Assembly: GCA_963793865.1 (NCBI GenBank)
Contig: CAWCBP010000003.1
Span: forward strand, 1-52,493
Direction of reading: 5' to 3'
Length of the DNA stretch: 52,493 nucleotides
Source: an uncultured delta proteobacterium
Lineage (GTDB): Bacteria > Desulfobacterota > WTBG01
Below are positions 12,115 to 21,925 of this stretch, piece after piece. Below the pieces are notes generated by a model, which did not search any database, was not told the origin of the DNA, and saw only the letters and a program-made list of their open reading frames with translations. Each line of letters begins with the position of its first letter. Position 1 is the stretch's first letter. The translations under genes and the position numbers were made by a program.

Positions 12115-13002
12115 TTAGGCGCGGGGATGATACTGGGTGTGAATCTTTTTCAGCCGCTCGCTGGTGACATGGGTGTAAATCTGCGTGGTTGAGATGTCCG
12201 CATGCCCGAGCATCATTTGCACCGAGCGCAAGTCAGCACCCCGTTCCAAAAGATGGCTTGCGAATGAATGCCGCAGGGTGTGGGGGGTGATATTTTTTGT
12301 TATGCCGGCTGCCCGCGCGTACCTTTTGATGATCTTCCAAAAGCCCTGGCGGGTCAGGGGCTTTCCCTTCCTGGAGGCGAAGATATAGGAGCTGTGCCAT
12401 GGGCCGAGAAATTGGGGCCGTGCCTTGTGAAGATACTCGCCCATGACGTTCTGGGCCACTTCCCCGATAGGGACCAGCCTTTCCTTGGAGCCTTTCCCGA
12501 AGGCGATGAGATATCCCGCTTCAAGATTGATATCATTGAGGTGCAAATGCACCAGTTCAGAAACCCGAAGGCCTGTTGCATAGAGCAGTTCCAGCAGGGC
12601 GGCGTCCCGTAAACCGGCGGGCTTTGTCCTGTCCGGCTTTTGCAGCAGTATGTCCACCTCATCTATGCTCAGAACATGCGGCAGCGTCATCACGCCTTTG
12701 GGAGTTTCAAAATTAAGGGCGGGGTTGCTGCTGATGTGATTAGTATCAGCCAGATATTTATAGAACATTTTTATGCAGGACAGGTTGCGGGCGATGGTCC
12801 GGTTTGACAGGGATGCCTTTTTCAGGGCCGCTAAAAACAGGCTGATGCTTACATCGGAAGTTTCATGAATATCTTTAACGCCCTTGTTCCGAAGGAAGGA
12901 AAGGTATTTTTGCATGTCCCCGGCATAGGAATCGCGGGTGTTAAGGGAAAGCCCGCGCTCTACCAGGAGATAATTCAGGAATTCATCCAGCAAGTGGTCC
13001 AT
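12115..13002 (-). CDS. xerD: Tyrosine recombinase XerD
   Basis: LYATGLRVSEL, GKGSKER, TRQGFWK, HTLRHSFASH, LGHADISTTQIYT. Confidence 0.93.
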   Translation of the reverse strand: MDHLLDEFLNYLLVERGLSLNTRDSYAGDMQKYLSFLRNKGVKDIHETSDVSISLFLAALKKASLSNRTIARNLSCIKMFYKYLADTNHISSNPALNFETPKGVMTLPHVLSIDEVDILLQKPDRTKPAGLRDAALLELLYATGLRVSELVHLHLNDINLEAGYLIAFGKGSKERLVPIGEVAQNVMGEYLHKARPQFLGPWHSSYIFASRKGKPLTRQGFWKIIKRYARAAGITKNITPHTLRHSFASHLLERGADLRSVQMMLGHADISTTQIYTHVTSERLKKIHTQYHPRA

Positions 13003-13026
13003 GGTTTTTTGCGAGAATTAGCAAAA

Positions 13027-13070
13027 AAGGGTTCAGGGTCTCAGGGTTCAGGAGTCAAGGATCAGGGGGT
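13027..13070 (+). repeat. Degenerate CAGGGT-type heptamer array
   Basis: aagggttcagggtctcagggttcaggagtcaaggatcagggg. Confidence 0.6.
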
Positions 13071-13245
13071 AGGCGAAAACGCTGGTATCCAATCACAGAT
13101 CCCATATGCCGACCTCGCACATCGCTGATCAAAATCCCAAAATCACTTTCTGCCCAGTCCTGGTCCCTTGTTTGCCTCTGTTTAAATTTTGGTCATTGCG
13201 AATTTGTTTCGCAGGATAATTCGTGCGTACGAGTTATATCACCAT

Positions 13246-14187
13246 TTACAGCCTCTTGGCTTTCACCAGAGCGGTGAGGACACGGTTGACCGGCAGATCT
13301 GCCCCCATTTCCTCCGCCATTGCGACTACCTTGCCGTTTAAGGCATCTATTTCTGTTTTCTTCCCGTTCCGGATGTCCTGGAGCATGGAGGAAAAATGGT
13401 CCCGGGTTGGCGGGATAAGCTCTGAAAACAGGTGCGCAGTGTAAGCGCCGGCATTCTCCCAGTCAACCGGGACGTGTTGACCTTTTATGACCGTGAAGAG
13501 CTCACCGACAATATCCTCCATTAAGCTTCTTGTATAATCATTCTCAAGCAGTTTGCCGTAGTTTACTTCCAGCAGGCAGCTCAGCGCATTGAGGGCGCTG
13601 TTATACAGGACTTTGCCCCACAGGTACTTTTCTATTTCATCCGTCCAGGTGGTTGGAATGCCCGCCCGGTCAAAGAGCGCGCTTATCTCCTTAACCTTCT
13701 CAACCGGGACGCCGCCCTTCAGTGCGCCGAGAACAACCTTATCGGCATACACGGTGATTTTGACAACCCCGGGCTCGAGCAGCTCCGCGCCGAATATAAC
13801 CCGGCCGCCGATTGTCTTCTCCCTTCCCAGCAGCCCGGCAATTATCTCCAGGTTTCCCAGTCCGTTTTGCAGAGAGACCGTCAGGTTTGATTTGCCGAAG
13901 GTGTTGAGATAATTGTGCATGACACTTTCAGTGTCATATGATTTTACGGTAAGCAGGATGAGATCGAACTGCCTTCCTTCATGGCGCGCGATTTTAGACA
14001 GGCTGCTGTAGCCTTTTATATTGGTGATGTGGTGGCTGCCCCAGATTCCCTGGATAAAAAGGCCGCGATTGTTAATGGCGCTGATGCAATTTTCTCTGCC
14101 GTAGAGTATGACGCGGTTGCCGCTTTTTGCCAGGAAACCGCCGAACGCCGATCCGATCGCGCCGGCACCCAGTACCAGAATATTCAT
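13246..14187 (-). CDS. panE: 2-dehydropantoate 2-reductase
   Basis: GAGAIG, VKSYD, LQNGLG, WGKVLYN, SSMLQD, TEIDALNG. Confidence 0.93.
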   Translation of the reverse strand: MNILVLGAGAIGSAFGGFLAKSGNRVILYGRENCISAINNRGLFIQGIWGSHHITNIKGYSSLSKIARHEGRQFDLILLTVKSYDTESVMHNYLNTFGKSNLTVSLQNGLGNLEIIAGLLGREKTIGGRVIFGAELLEPGVVKITVYADKVVLGALKGGVPVEKVKEISALFDRAGIPTTWTDEIEKYLWGKVLYNSALNALSCLLEVNYGKLLENDYTRSLMEDIVGELFTVIKGQHVPVDWENAGAYTAHLFSELIPPTRDHFSSMLQDIRNGKKTEIDALNGKVVAMAEEMGADLPVNRVLTALVKAKRL

Positions 14188-14252
14188 ACGCCCTCATTGA
14201 AAAGTCTTCGGTTTCAAGATAGCACAAGTTGTGATAAGAAACAATGAGGGAA

Positions 14253-14320
14253 CAGGGTACAGGGTTCAGGTACAGGGACAGGGAGGAGCAATTATAATTA
14301 TGAATTACGAATTATGAATT
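14253..14320 (+). repeat. CAGGGT array followed by AATTATG array
   Basis: cagggtacagggttcaggtacagggacaggg; aattataattatgaattacgaattatgaatt. Confidence 0.75.
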
Positions 14321-14364
14321 GACCCACCATGATATCTCACACCCCGCAGAACGACAAACTCTGT

Positions 14365-14481
14365 ATTGTCATTTCGAAGTTGCGGTGCGACTGAGAAATC
14401 GGTCTGTGGGGGCAACCACAGGGGGTTGCCCCTACGATGCAATTCATTTCTTCGTGCGCTTCGTGGTTACATAAATAGGGT
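14365..14481 (+). repeat. Composite dispersed repeat, copy 1 (half GTCAT-REP, GTAG-REP, TTCGTG unit)
   Basis: 36 nt identical to 18388-18423, then shared gggcaaccacagggggttgcccctacgat and ttcttcgtgcgcttcgtggttaca. Confidence 0.85.
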
Positions 14482-14593
14482 TGAGGGTAAGGGGAAAAGA
14501 AATTTACAGTCGATGGTTTACGGTTAGCAGTGAAGCGTAAACTGCAAGCCGAAGTGAGGGGTAGAAAAAGAGGATGCAGGGGATCAAAATGTT

Positions 14594-14917
14594 TTATGCC
14601 AATTCTAATTCTATGCCATTTTTTCTTATTTCATATATTAAAGGAATCCACGTGTCCTTTTCATAAGCTTCGGTGGAAATCGGTACCGGTTCTATCAAGG
14701 GGTCTATTTTGTATGCCAGTTCGAAAAGTCGAGCCCCCTCTTTATACCTATCTTTGCCAAAGTCGGGTGAGACAATAGCGACGTCTATATCGCTGTACTT
14801 GTGAGATTTCCCACTAGTCCTGGAACCGTATAGGATTACTTTTGTAACTTTTATTCTGTTCTTTCGTAATGCCTTAACAAATGCTTTTACTTTTTTGGTA
14901 ATTTCTCTGTCAACCAT
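14594..14917 (-). CDS. Minimal nucleotidyltransferase (MNT)
   Basis: LYGSRTSGKSHKYSDIDVAIV (GSx10DxD), 107 aa, adjacent to HEPN. Confidence 0.9.
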   Translation of the reverse strand: MVDREITKKVKAFVKALRKNRIKVTKVILYGSRTSGKSHKYSDIDVAIVSPDFGKDRYKEGARLFELAYKIDPLIEPVPISTEAYEKDTWIPLIYEIRKNGIELELA

Positions 14918-14930
14918 GTGTATATTTCTC

Positions 14931-15290
14931 TCATCTGATGTAAATTTTTCTGGTAAATTCCTTTGTACATCTGTGATAAAATTTTTTCTGCTCGTCAGGA
15001 TACCTGGCTTCGATATGAAATTCCATGAACCTCGCTAACTTTTTCATTGTGTGCTGCGGAATCTTAATGGTTGACTCACTTGCCAAAAGAGTCAAAGAAT
15101 GTGTGTAAGGCGCATGCCTGCCGGTAGTCATAACTACCAGTGCCTTAAGTGTTTTTTCCAATGCCAGATGTCCCATAAACAAAGCATATGGATATTTCCC
15201 AGATTCATATAGAGCATCCGCAACTGTCATATCATATTCTGCACTTTCATGCCAGTAGCGGATTGTTTTTGCCGGGTCAAATTGTAACAA
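14931..15290 (-). CDS. HEPN domain protein of a HEPN-MNT pair
   Basis: FMGHLALEKTLKA, THSLTLL, EARYPD. Confidence 0.85.
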   Translation of the reverse strand: MLQFDPAKTIRYWHESAEYDMTVADALYESGKYPYALFMGHLALEKTLKALVVMTTGRHAPYTHSLTLLASESTIKIPQHTMKKLARFMEFHIEARYPDEQKKFYHRCTKEFTRKIYIR

Positions 15291-15383
15291 AGTCGAACCT
15301 CAAAGGAAAATTATATTGAATTTGATCGTATATAACAACACTATAACAAATCACATGCATATTATCAAAAGAAATAATCTACC

Positions 15384-15453
15384 ATTCATAATTCATAATT
15401 AGTAATTTATAATTACTTTCTCCCGCACCCTGTCAACCGTCAACTGAAAACTG
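15384..15453 (-). repeat. Reverse-complement heptamer arrays (CATAATT, CCCTG, CAACTG)
   Basis: attcataattcataattagtaatttataatt...cccgcaccctgtcaaccgtcaactgaaaactg. Confidence 0.7.
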
Positions 15454-15457
15454 ATTC

Positions 15458-16800
15458 ATGAAAAAACCTCCAACAGTCCTTCTCATTAATCCCTGGATTT
15501 ATGATTTTGCCGCCTATGACCTCTGGGCAAGGCCGCTGGGGCTGCTCTATATAGCAGGCTGTATTAAGGGAAAATGGTTTCATGGTTTACCTGATTGATT
15601 GTCTTGCCGGCGGTGCCTCGGAAAAAGAAAATGCAACGTGCAAGCACTACGGAGACAGGCATTTTCACAAAGAACAGGTTGATAAACCGGCAGTGCTTGA
15701 AAGCATCCCGCGGAAGTACAGCCGTTATGGCATAAAGCCGGACGTCTTTGAGGAAGAGCTGCAAAAGTTGCCGAGACCTGATGCGGTGCTGGTTACCTCA
15801 ATGATGACCTACTGGTACCCGGGCGCGTTTCATGCCATAAGGCTGGTGAAAGAGCGCTATCCTGATGTGCCGGTCATGCTGGGCGGAATCTACGCAACAC
15901 TGTGCCATGGGCATGCGGTCCGATATTCCGGCGCTGATTTCTGTATCAGTGGTGAGGGTGAAATAGCAGGTTCTTAAAAAAATGAGCGAGTGGACGGACT
16001 GGGAAATCACCTCAGTGCCGGACCCTGATCGACCGGATTCCTATCCCTATCCCGCTTTTGATTTGCTCAGCAACCATGATGTGATTTGCCTTATTACCGC
16101 GCGGGGTTGCCCCTGCAACTGCACGTATTGCGCTTCATCTCTTCTCAGGAACTCATTCAGCCAACGAGATCCTTCAAAAGTACTGGATGAAATAGCATAC
16201 TGGCTGGACCGCTACCGGGTCAGGAACATCGCCTTTTATGATGATGCCCTGCTGTACCGGTCGGAAGAAAGATTGGTTCCCCTGCTTCGCGGGATACAAA
16301 AGAGAAACATTTCCTGTAATTTTCATACGCCCAATGGCCTGCATGCGAGAAATGTTACCCGGGAAATTGCCGATCTTATGTACGCAACGGGCTTCAGAAC
16401 CATTCGGCTCGGCCTCGAGACCGCGGATGATTTCCTCCAGGCAAAGACCGGGGGGAAGGTAACACGCAGGGAATTTGAACAGGCAGTGCGAAATTTACAG
16501 GGAGCCGGTTATGACGGGAAGGATATAGGAGTGTATCTCCTTGCGGGATTGCCGGGGCAGAAAATCGATGAGGTTAGGAAGAGCATCAGATATGTCAGGG
16601 ACTGCGGGGCGCGTCCTTTCCTGGCAGAGTATTCACCTATTCCGGGAACGGCATTATGGGAAGATGCGCGCCGGCACTCAGCATTCAATCTGGATGAACC
16701 TCTTCTGCACAACAACTCCATCATTCCTTGCCGGACAGACGGCCTGTCATGGGAGGATTATTATCAATTGAAAAGCGAGTTGAAGGATGATAAAAGGTGA
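15458..16800 (+). CDS. B12-binding radical SAM protein (frameshifted)
   Basis: LLINPWIYDFAAYDLWARPLGLLY, SMMTYWYPG, GGIYATL, RGCPCNCTYC, YDDALL, HTPNGLH. Confidence 0.88.
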
Positions 16801-17240
16801 GGGGTCAGGGGAAGGGTGAGTTAAAATAAGTGGACAGGGGTCAGGGTGACAGGAGTCAAAAACACAAGAGGGACGGGTATTGAATTACCTGATGGAGTGA
16901 TGGAGTAGTGGAGTAATGAGGCAAGGAAAAAGCAAAGCTTGTAAATGCCAAATGACAACATCCAAAGTTCAAATGAATGGTCAAAGCTCAGTCGGCTCAT
17001 CAGCTGGACAGTTTGCCGGCTGTCTGGTTTTATGGAATGTAGTCGCAGGCTTCAGCCTGTGGCAATGTGTGGCAAAGGTGTAATAATCTGCAAGCAGAGC
17101 GGGAAGCCACGAAAAAAACGCAAGCTAAAGCTTGCGGCTACAAATGCTAACACCCTGATTAGGTGTCTAGCTGACCTGCTGACTGGCTGTCCAGCCGGCT
17201 ATTTTTGCTGTAAACTGTCAACCGTGAACTGTAAACTTTC
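16800..17240. repeat. Spacer of 7/8-mer arrays around an inverted GTAG-REP pair
   Basis: CAGGG, TGGAGT(A/G), TGACAA arrays; gtagtcgcaggcttcagcctg (17039) and cgcaagctaaagcttgcggctac (17119-17141); TAAACTG array ~17208-17237. Confidence 0.75.
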
Positions 17241-17279
17241 TTGCTACATGTACCCGAAATGACTAAAGGATAATTTACG

Positions 17280-18167
17280 ATGGACTCTCTTAAAGCCTCT
17301 TCCTCCCATTTTGGCGGCACGGATCTGCTCCTGACTGACCCGGAAACTTCCAGGGTCACGGTCATCCCGGTTCCCTATGATGCGACCACTTCGTATATCA
17401 GCGGGACATCGAAGGGACCCGCGGCCATCATCGATGCCTCCGCCCATATGGAATTGTATGATGAGGAGCTTGGGGATGAAACCTGCCGGATCGGCATACA
17501 TACCATGATGCCGCTGCCGGTGAAGGATGAAAAGCCCGAAGCCATGCTGCGCATGGTCTCGGAGGCTGTGGCCCGCAACCTCGCGCCTGATAAGCTGCCG
17601 GTGATAGCAGGCGGTGAGCATTCCATTTCCCCGGGGGCGGTACGTGAGCTGGTCAAGCGATATCCCCGCTTATCCGTTCTGCAGCTCGATGCCCATGCGG
17701 ACCTCAGGGACAGCTACGGGGGAACCCCTTTCAGTCATGCCTGCGCGGGAAGGCGCATAAGCGAACTCTGTCCGCTGGTTCAGGCCGGGATACGGAGCTT
17801 GTGCCGGGAGGAGGCTGATTTCAAGCGTTCCGCCCCGGTGGTGACCTTTTTTGATCATCAGGTGAAGCAGGGGGAAGCAATCCTGGAGGATGTGTTGCTG
17901 CATCTGACCGATGATGTGTATCTCACGGTTGATCTGGATGTTTTGGATCCGGCCATCATGCCGGCTACCGGAACACCGGAACCGGGCGGAATGAGCTGGC
18001 ATGAAATCACCGGACTTTTAAGGAAGCTGTGCCTTCGCAAGCGGGTGGTTGCCTTTGACGTGGTGGAACTGAGCCCGCAGCCGGGAAATGTGGCGCCTGA
18101 TTTCCTGGCCGCGAAATTGATGTACCGCATCATGGGGTATGTGGCACAGTCGAGGGGATGGATTTAA
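17280..18167 (+). CDS. speB: Agmatinase
   Basis: GGEHS, DAHADLR, DLDVLDP, GTPEPGG, DVVEL. Confidence 0.92.
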   Translation: MDSLKASSSHFGGTDLLLTDPETSRVTVIPVPYDATTSYISGTSKGPAAIIDASAHMELYDEELGDETCRIGIHTMMPLPVKDEKPEAMLRMVSEAVARNLAPDKLPVIAGGEHSISPGAVRELVKRYPRLSVLQLDAHADLRDSYGGTPFSHACAGRRISELCPLVQAGIRSLCREEADFKRSAPVVTFFDHQVKQGEAILEDVLLHLTDDVYLTVDLDVLDPAIMPATGTPEPGGMSWHEITGLLRKLCLRKRVVAFDVVELSPQPGNVAPDFLAAKLMYRIMGYVAQSRGWI

Positions 18168-18365
18168 AACAGGGTACAGGGTTCAGGGATCAGGGTCAAA
18201 AAAACAGGGTTCAGGGTACAGGGGACAGGGTGCAGGGAGAAACAGTTGACAGTTCCCAGTTGACAGTTTACAGGGGAGCAGCAAAAGAACGGTTGGCGGG
18301 GCGCTGGTAACTGTAAACTGCAGACTGAAAACTGAAGTCAGTTCCCAGTTGACAGTCCACGGCAA
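18168..18365 (+). repeat. CAGGGT and ACAGTT heptamer arrays
   Basis: acagggtacagggttcagggatcagggtc..., acagttgacagttcccagttgacagttt. Confidence 0.75.
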
Positions 18366-18387
18366 GAACACTCACAGTTGCTGATGC

Positions 18388-18529
18388 ATTGTCATTTCGA
18401 AGTTGCGGTGCGACTGAGAAATCTGACTGCAGGGCAACCACAGGGGGTTGCCCCTACGATTCAATGTTTTTCTTCGTGTGCTTTTCTTGCTTTCTTCTTC
18501 GTGCGCTTCGTGGTTACAAAAATAGGGGT
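18388..18529 (+). repeat. Composite dispersed repeat, copy 2
   Basis: Direct repeat of 14365-14481 with an expanded pyrimidine tract. Confidence 0.85.
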
Positions 18530-18546
18530 ACAGGGGAAGCAAATAA

Positions 18547-18635
18547 AATTATGAATTACGAATTATAAATTATGAATGTGGAGGGTCATGGGTTGAGGGA
18601 AACAAATCCGGAGTAGCCGCAAGCTTTAGCTTGCG
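18547..18635 (+). repeat. AATTATG array and GTAG-REP
   Basis: 32 nt identical to 25102-25133; gtagccgcaagctttagcttgcg is the reverse complement of 17119-17141. Confidence 0.8.
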
Positions 18636-18741
18636 TTTTTTTTAAAACAATTTATTTGCGCTTTGGGCTTTGATATTTATTTGAACTTTGGGTTTTGTCC
18701 TTTGACAGTATGTTTTATCTTTTCTCCCTTACTGCTTCTGA

Positions 18742-19650
18742 CTATTCTCTCTGTTCTCTTTCCACCATTGCGCAGTTGTCCACCGTCAGCAGTTTGGAAA
18801 CGCTGTAAACGCAGAACTCCGGGTCCTGTATTCCCTCCAGGCAGAGCATCATCCGCTGTTTTTTGTCAGTGCTGACGACATCAAGCAGGGATCCCCTGTC
18901 GCAGCTGATGCACTTTTCATAGTACCGGGGTATAACGGTGCCGGTACTCTTCGCCAGCTGTGCCCTGCTTTCCGTCCATATGTCCCCGGCAGCTTTCTCA
19001 TCAATTTCGATGCCGCGCGCTCTTACCAGCACAATCCGTCCCCGCTCTTCTTTGACCTGAGCCCTGAACGTCAGCTTATCTCCTGTGCACAGCTTGAGCC
19101 GGCTTTGAGCGGAGGAGCCTATCTTCGCGTAGACGGAATCATCAAAATAGTCGAGGTTGATATAACCGCCGCTGAAGTTTAAGAGAAATCCGTCAAACGA
19201 AACCCGGCCTTCCGGGGCATCGGCCCTCCTGTAAAAGCCGGGCTTGAGGGCATGGACGGTTCCGGAGAACTCAATTTCCCTGCCGCGCACCGATTCCAGC
19301 CAATCTTCAAATGCATTCATGCTCCTGACAAAGCCGGCGTAATCCTTGTCGTCTATGAGCAGCTCCGGTTTTAAAATCTCCTTCTCATCATAAAACTCCC
19401 TGCAGTTGAAGCAGTTTTTCCCCACGTGCTTGAATTTTTTAGGGCAGGTCTGCCCCTTGTTCAGCAGGCGGCATCGCCAGTTAAAGTAAATGCAGCCCCG
19501 GGGGAAGCACGCCTTTTCCTTTAGAACATGATACACGGATACCCGGTAGCCAAAGCGCGTGTGCGACTGGTGGGTGCACGTGAAGATGTCGTGGCGCTTG
19601 TACTGATTGATGATGGTTCGTGAAAGAGGCTTGGGGAGGATGCTTTTCAT
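18742..19650 (-). CDS. Hypothetical Cys/His-rich protein
   Basis: Intact 302-aa ORF with several Cys clusters; no recognised family. Confidence 0.7.
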   Translation of the reverse strand: MKSILPKPLSRTIINQYKRHDIFTCTHQSHTRFGYRVSVYHVLKEKACFPRGCIYFNWRCRLLNKGQTCPKKFKHVGKNCFNCREFYDEKEILKPELLIDDKDYAGFVRSMNAFEDWLESVRGREIEFSGTVHALKPGFYRRADAPEGRVSFDGFLLNFSGGYINLDYFDDSVYAKIGSSAQSRLKLCTGDKLTFRAQVKEERGRIVLVRARGIEIDEKAAGDIWTESRAQLAKSTGTVIPRYYEKCISCDRGSLLDVVSTDKKQRMMLCLEGIQDPEFCVYSVSKLLTVDNCAMVEREQRE

Positions 19651-19817
19651 TGTGTGCCCGGGATTATCAGGTAAGAGGGATTCCCTTCAGTGGAGGTGTT
19701 TTTATGGTTGTGCTCGGAGCGAAATTTTGCTATGCATGTCATGGAAACTCAATTTCTACATCTATAACACAGTATCCTCACTATTTCCAGTGCCAACGAC
19801 GGAGGTGTGTGGCTGTT

Positions 19818-20930
19818 ATGAGCGCGACCGGCAGATGCAATTTTCACCGGGGGATTGGTATTCCCTATGATGCCGTATATCATCTCCTCGAGGGGACGAG
19901 GAAGGCCGACAAAAAGAGGGCGGCGGATGGAGATTCCTGTTACCACGATGAAAATATAAGGGGGTATGGCCGGGGAGGCCCGGACCATGAAGTGCAGGAG
20001 ATAAACAGGATGGAGCTGCAGCTGGGGGAGCTTTCCCCGGACGTACGGGATTTGAGGACCATGATGGACTTCTGCTGCATCTGGAGATATGATTATCCCG
20101 CACGGGTTCATCAACTCTGCAGGGCCATCGGCGGAAGCGGTGATACCCTCGGCAGGTGCCACTACCAGGTGGGAACCGAAAAGCGCGATGAGCTAACTGC
20201 CTATGCCCGGGCAATGGAAAAGTGGCTTGGCAGAAAAAGAGATGACAAAACCGCGACCGCGGGGGTGCGCGCGCTGCAGGAGCAGATTGACGGTAAGGTG
20301 TTCTCCATGCTGGGTGAGCGCGAGGCATTAAAAGATCTGCTGGTTGAACGCACGCTGATCGGCCTGTGCGCCCGCCACATCGACTGTTCCTTTTTCGGAT
20401 CCGACGGCAGCGGGAAACCGGTGGAGGTGTTTCCCAGCCATGCCCTCAGCCCGGGGCGCGACTGGCATGAACGGATGAGGAGCCTCGAGAACGAGATCCA
20501 GGGAAAGCTGGGCGGCCGGTCCTATGATTTTCTGTGCGAGGTCGGCGGCGCTGAACCCCCCTGTCACTTTAAGTTTATCCGCAGGCTTGAGATTCTGGTG
20601 GGCAGCATCGGCTGCCTCAGATGGAGGGGATATCTTCCACCGAAGGACGGCAGGGTGAGCGGAAGAAGGGAGATGACGCAAAAATACCTCGCGCTGCTCC
20701 GGGAATACTGGGCGGATGAGAACACGGCTGATGATGGCGGAGCGGATGCTTCCGACCATGCACTCAAGGAAGAGCTGTTCAACGCCCTGGGCGCGCCCGA
20801 GCTGTACAAGCGCTGGCTGGTTGCCTCGCTCTGGAAGAATATCAAGAACCAGACGCTGTATCAGGCGTTTACCATAAAGCACTGGGTTGAATTTGTGCAA
20901 ATAGTGCGCAGGCACGTTCCTTCAAACTAA
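19818..20930 (+). CDS. Hypothetical protein with internal duplication
   Basis: GGAGGT at 19801 precedes ATG 19818; open to TAA 20930. Confidence 0.7.
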   Translation: MSATGRCNFHRGIGIPYDAVYHLLEGTRKADKKRAADGDSCYHDENIRGYGRGGPDHEVQEINRMELQLGELSPDVRDLRTMMDFCCIWRYDYPARVHQLCRAIGGSGDTLGRCHYQVGTEKRDELTAYARAMEKWLGRKRDDKTATAGVRALQEQIDGKVFSMLGEREALKDLLVERTLIGLCARHIDCSFFGSDGSGKPVEVFPSHALSPGRDWHERMRSLENEIQGKLGGRSYDFLCEVGGAEPPCHFKFIRRLEILVGSIGCLRWRGYLPPKDGRVSGRREMTQKYLALLREYWADENTADDGGADASDHALKEELFNALGAPELYKRWLVASLWKNIKNQTLYQAFTIKHWVEFVQIVRRHVPSN

Positions 20931-21085
20931 CAGGCTGCTGAAAAACACCCATCTGCTGCGTTACGCTCATCCTTCGTCATTGCAGCGTACTGAAATGTAC
21001 GCCTCATTCCTCAGGATATCGCGTGCCTTGCATCTGGATGTTTTTGACCAGCCTGGAGAAAACTTCTTTTTCAACATCCTGTTAG
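20927..21085. mobile_element. MITE (non-autonomous IS derivative)
   Basis: ctaacaggctgctgaaaaa / tttttcaacatcctgttag (17/19 inverted match); extra internal end tttttgaccagcctg at 21041. Confidence 0.75.
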
Positions 21086-21102
21086 CTTCGTGACGAGGCA
21101 GC

Positions 21103-21486
21103 ATGCAGAAATTAATGGACTTCAGGGAAATGGAGCAGAAATACAGCGGCGGTGAGGACGCGCTTGAATTGACCGTCGTGAAATGGTCCCGCATTTATGA
21201 ATTCCTGGAATCGGCCTTTACCCTGGAGCATTTTTCGGAGGCCCTGCAGGCCGCTGTCGTGCCCATATTTTTGTGCGTGGAGTACAGGGACCGGTGCGAA
21301 TTCTGTCCGCTCTACAGGGTCTGTGAGCGGGGCAAGTCGCAGGTATTTAACAAGGTGATACGGGTCATGCAGTCATATACCATTGCCGGCGACATATTGC
21401 CGCGGGAACCGCTGATGGGCGTGATCGGCAATTTTCTGGCGGAATTGAAAAAGTGTAAAAATGATGCCAGCGGGAAGGCGTGCTAA
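21103..21486 (+). CDS. Hypothetical protein with Cx6Cx2Cx5C motif
   Basis: 127 aa; CVEYRDRCEFCPLYRVC; GAGG RBS. Confidence 0.65.
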   Translation: MQKLMDFREMEQKYSGGEDALELTVVKWSRIYEFLESAFTLEHFSEALQAAVVPIFLCVEYRDRCEFCPLYRVCERGKSQVFNKVIRVMQSYTIAGDILPREPLMGVIGNFLAELKKCKNDASGKAC

Positions 21487-21925
21487 GACCATATTTCAGA
21501 TCTCGGCGGGCGGGGTGATCTATCGCCCGGCGGGCGACATGACCATGGTATGCCTGATAAAGACGCCGCCCCAGGGTGACTGGCAGCTGCCCAAAGGTCT
21601 GGTGGAAAAAAAGGAGTCATTGGAAGCGACTGCGGTGCGGGAGGTAAGAGAGGAGACAGGGCTGGAGGGATGTTCAGAGGGGCTCATTGATACCATAGAC
21701 TACTGGTTCTGGCTGGAGGAGGCGGGTGAAAAAAAGCGGTGCCACAAAGTGGTTTATTTTTATTTGATAAAGTATGCCGCGGGCCACACCGATAACCATG
21801 ACCACGAAGTTGAGGAGGCACGCTGGTTGCCCGCGGATGAGGCGCTGCATCGGCTCTCATTTTCAAGCGAGAAAAGGGTCATGCAGAAAGCCCTGGAGAT
21901 AATGAAGGTCACGCATAGCGCTTAA
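21461..21925 (+). CDS. NUDIX hydrolase
   Basis: SAGGV, WQLPKG, Nudix box ...TAVREVREETG. Confidence 0.9.
   Translation: MMPAGRRAKTIFQISAGGVIYRPAGDMTMVCLIKTPPQGDWQLPKGLVEKKESLEATAVREVREETGLEGCSEGLIDTIDYWFWLEEAGEKKRCHKVVYFYLIKYAAGHTDNHDHEVEEARWLPADEALHRLSFSSEKRVMQKALEIMKVTHSA

Noticed and set aside
12115..13002. Phage or island integrase near tRNA-Pro
   Set aside because: Typical XerD signatures; no duplicated tRNA 3' end or phage genes seen
14365..18423. 36-nt exact repeat as a CRISPR repeat
   Set aside because: Only two copies 4 kb apart, no spacer periodicity, no cas genes
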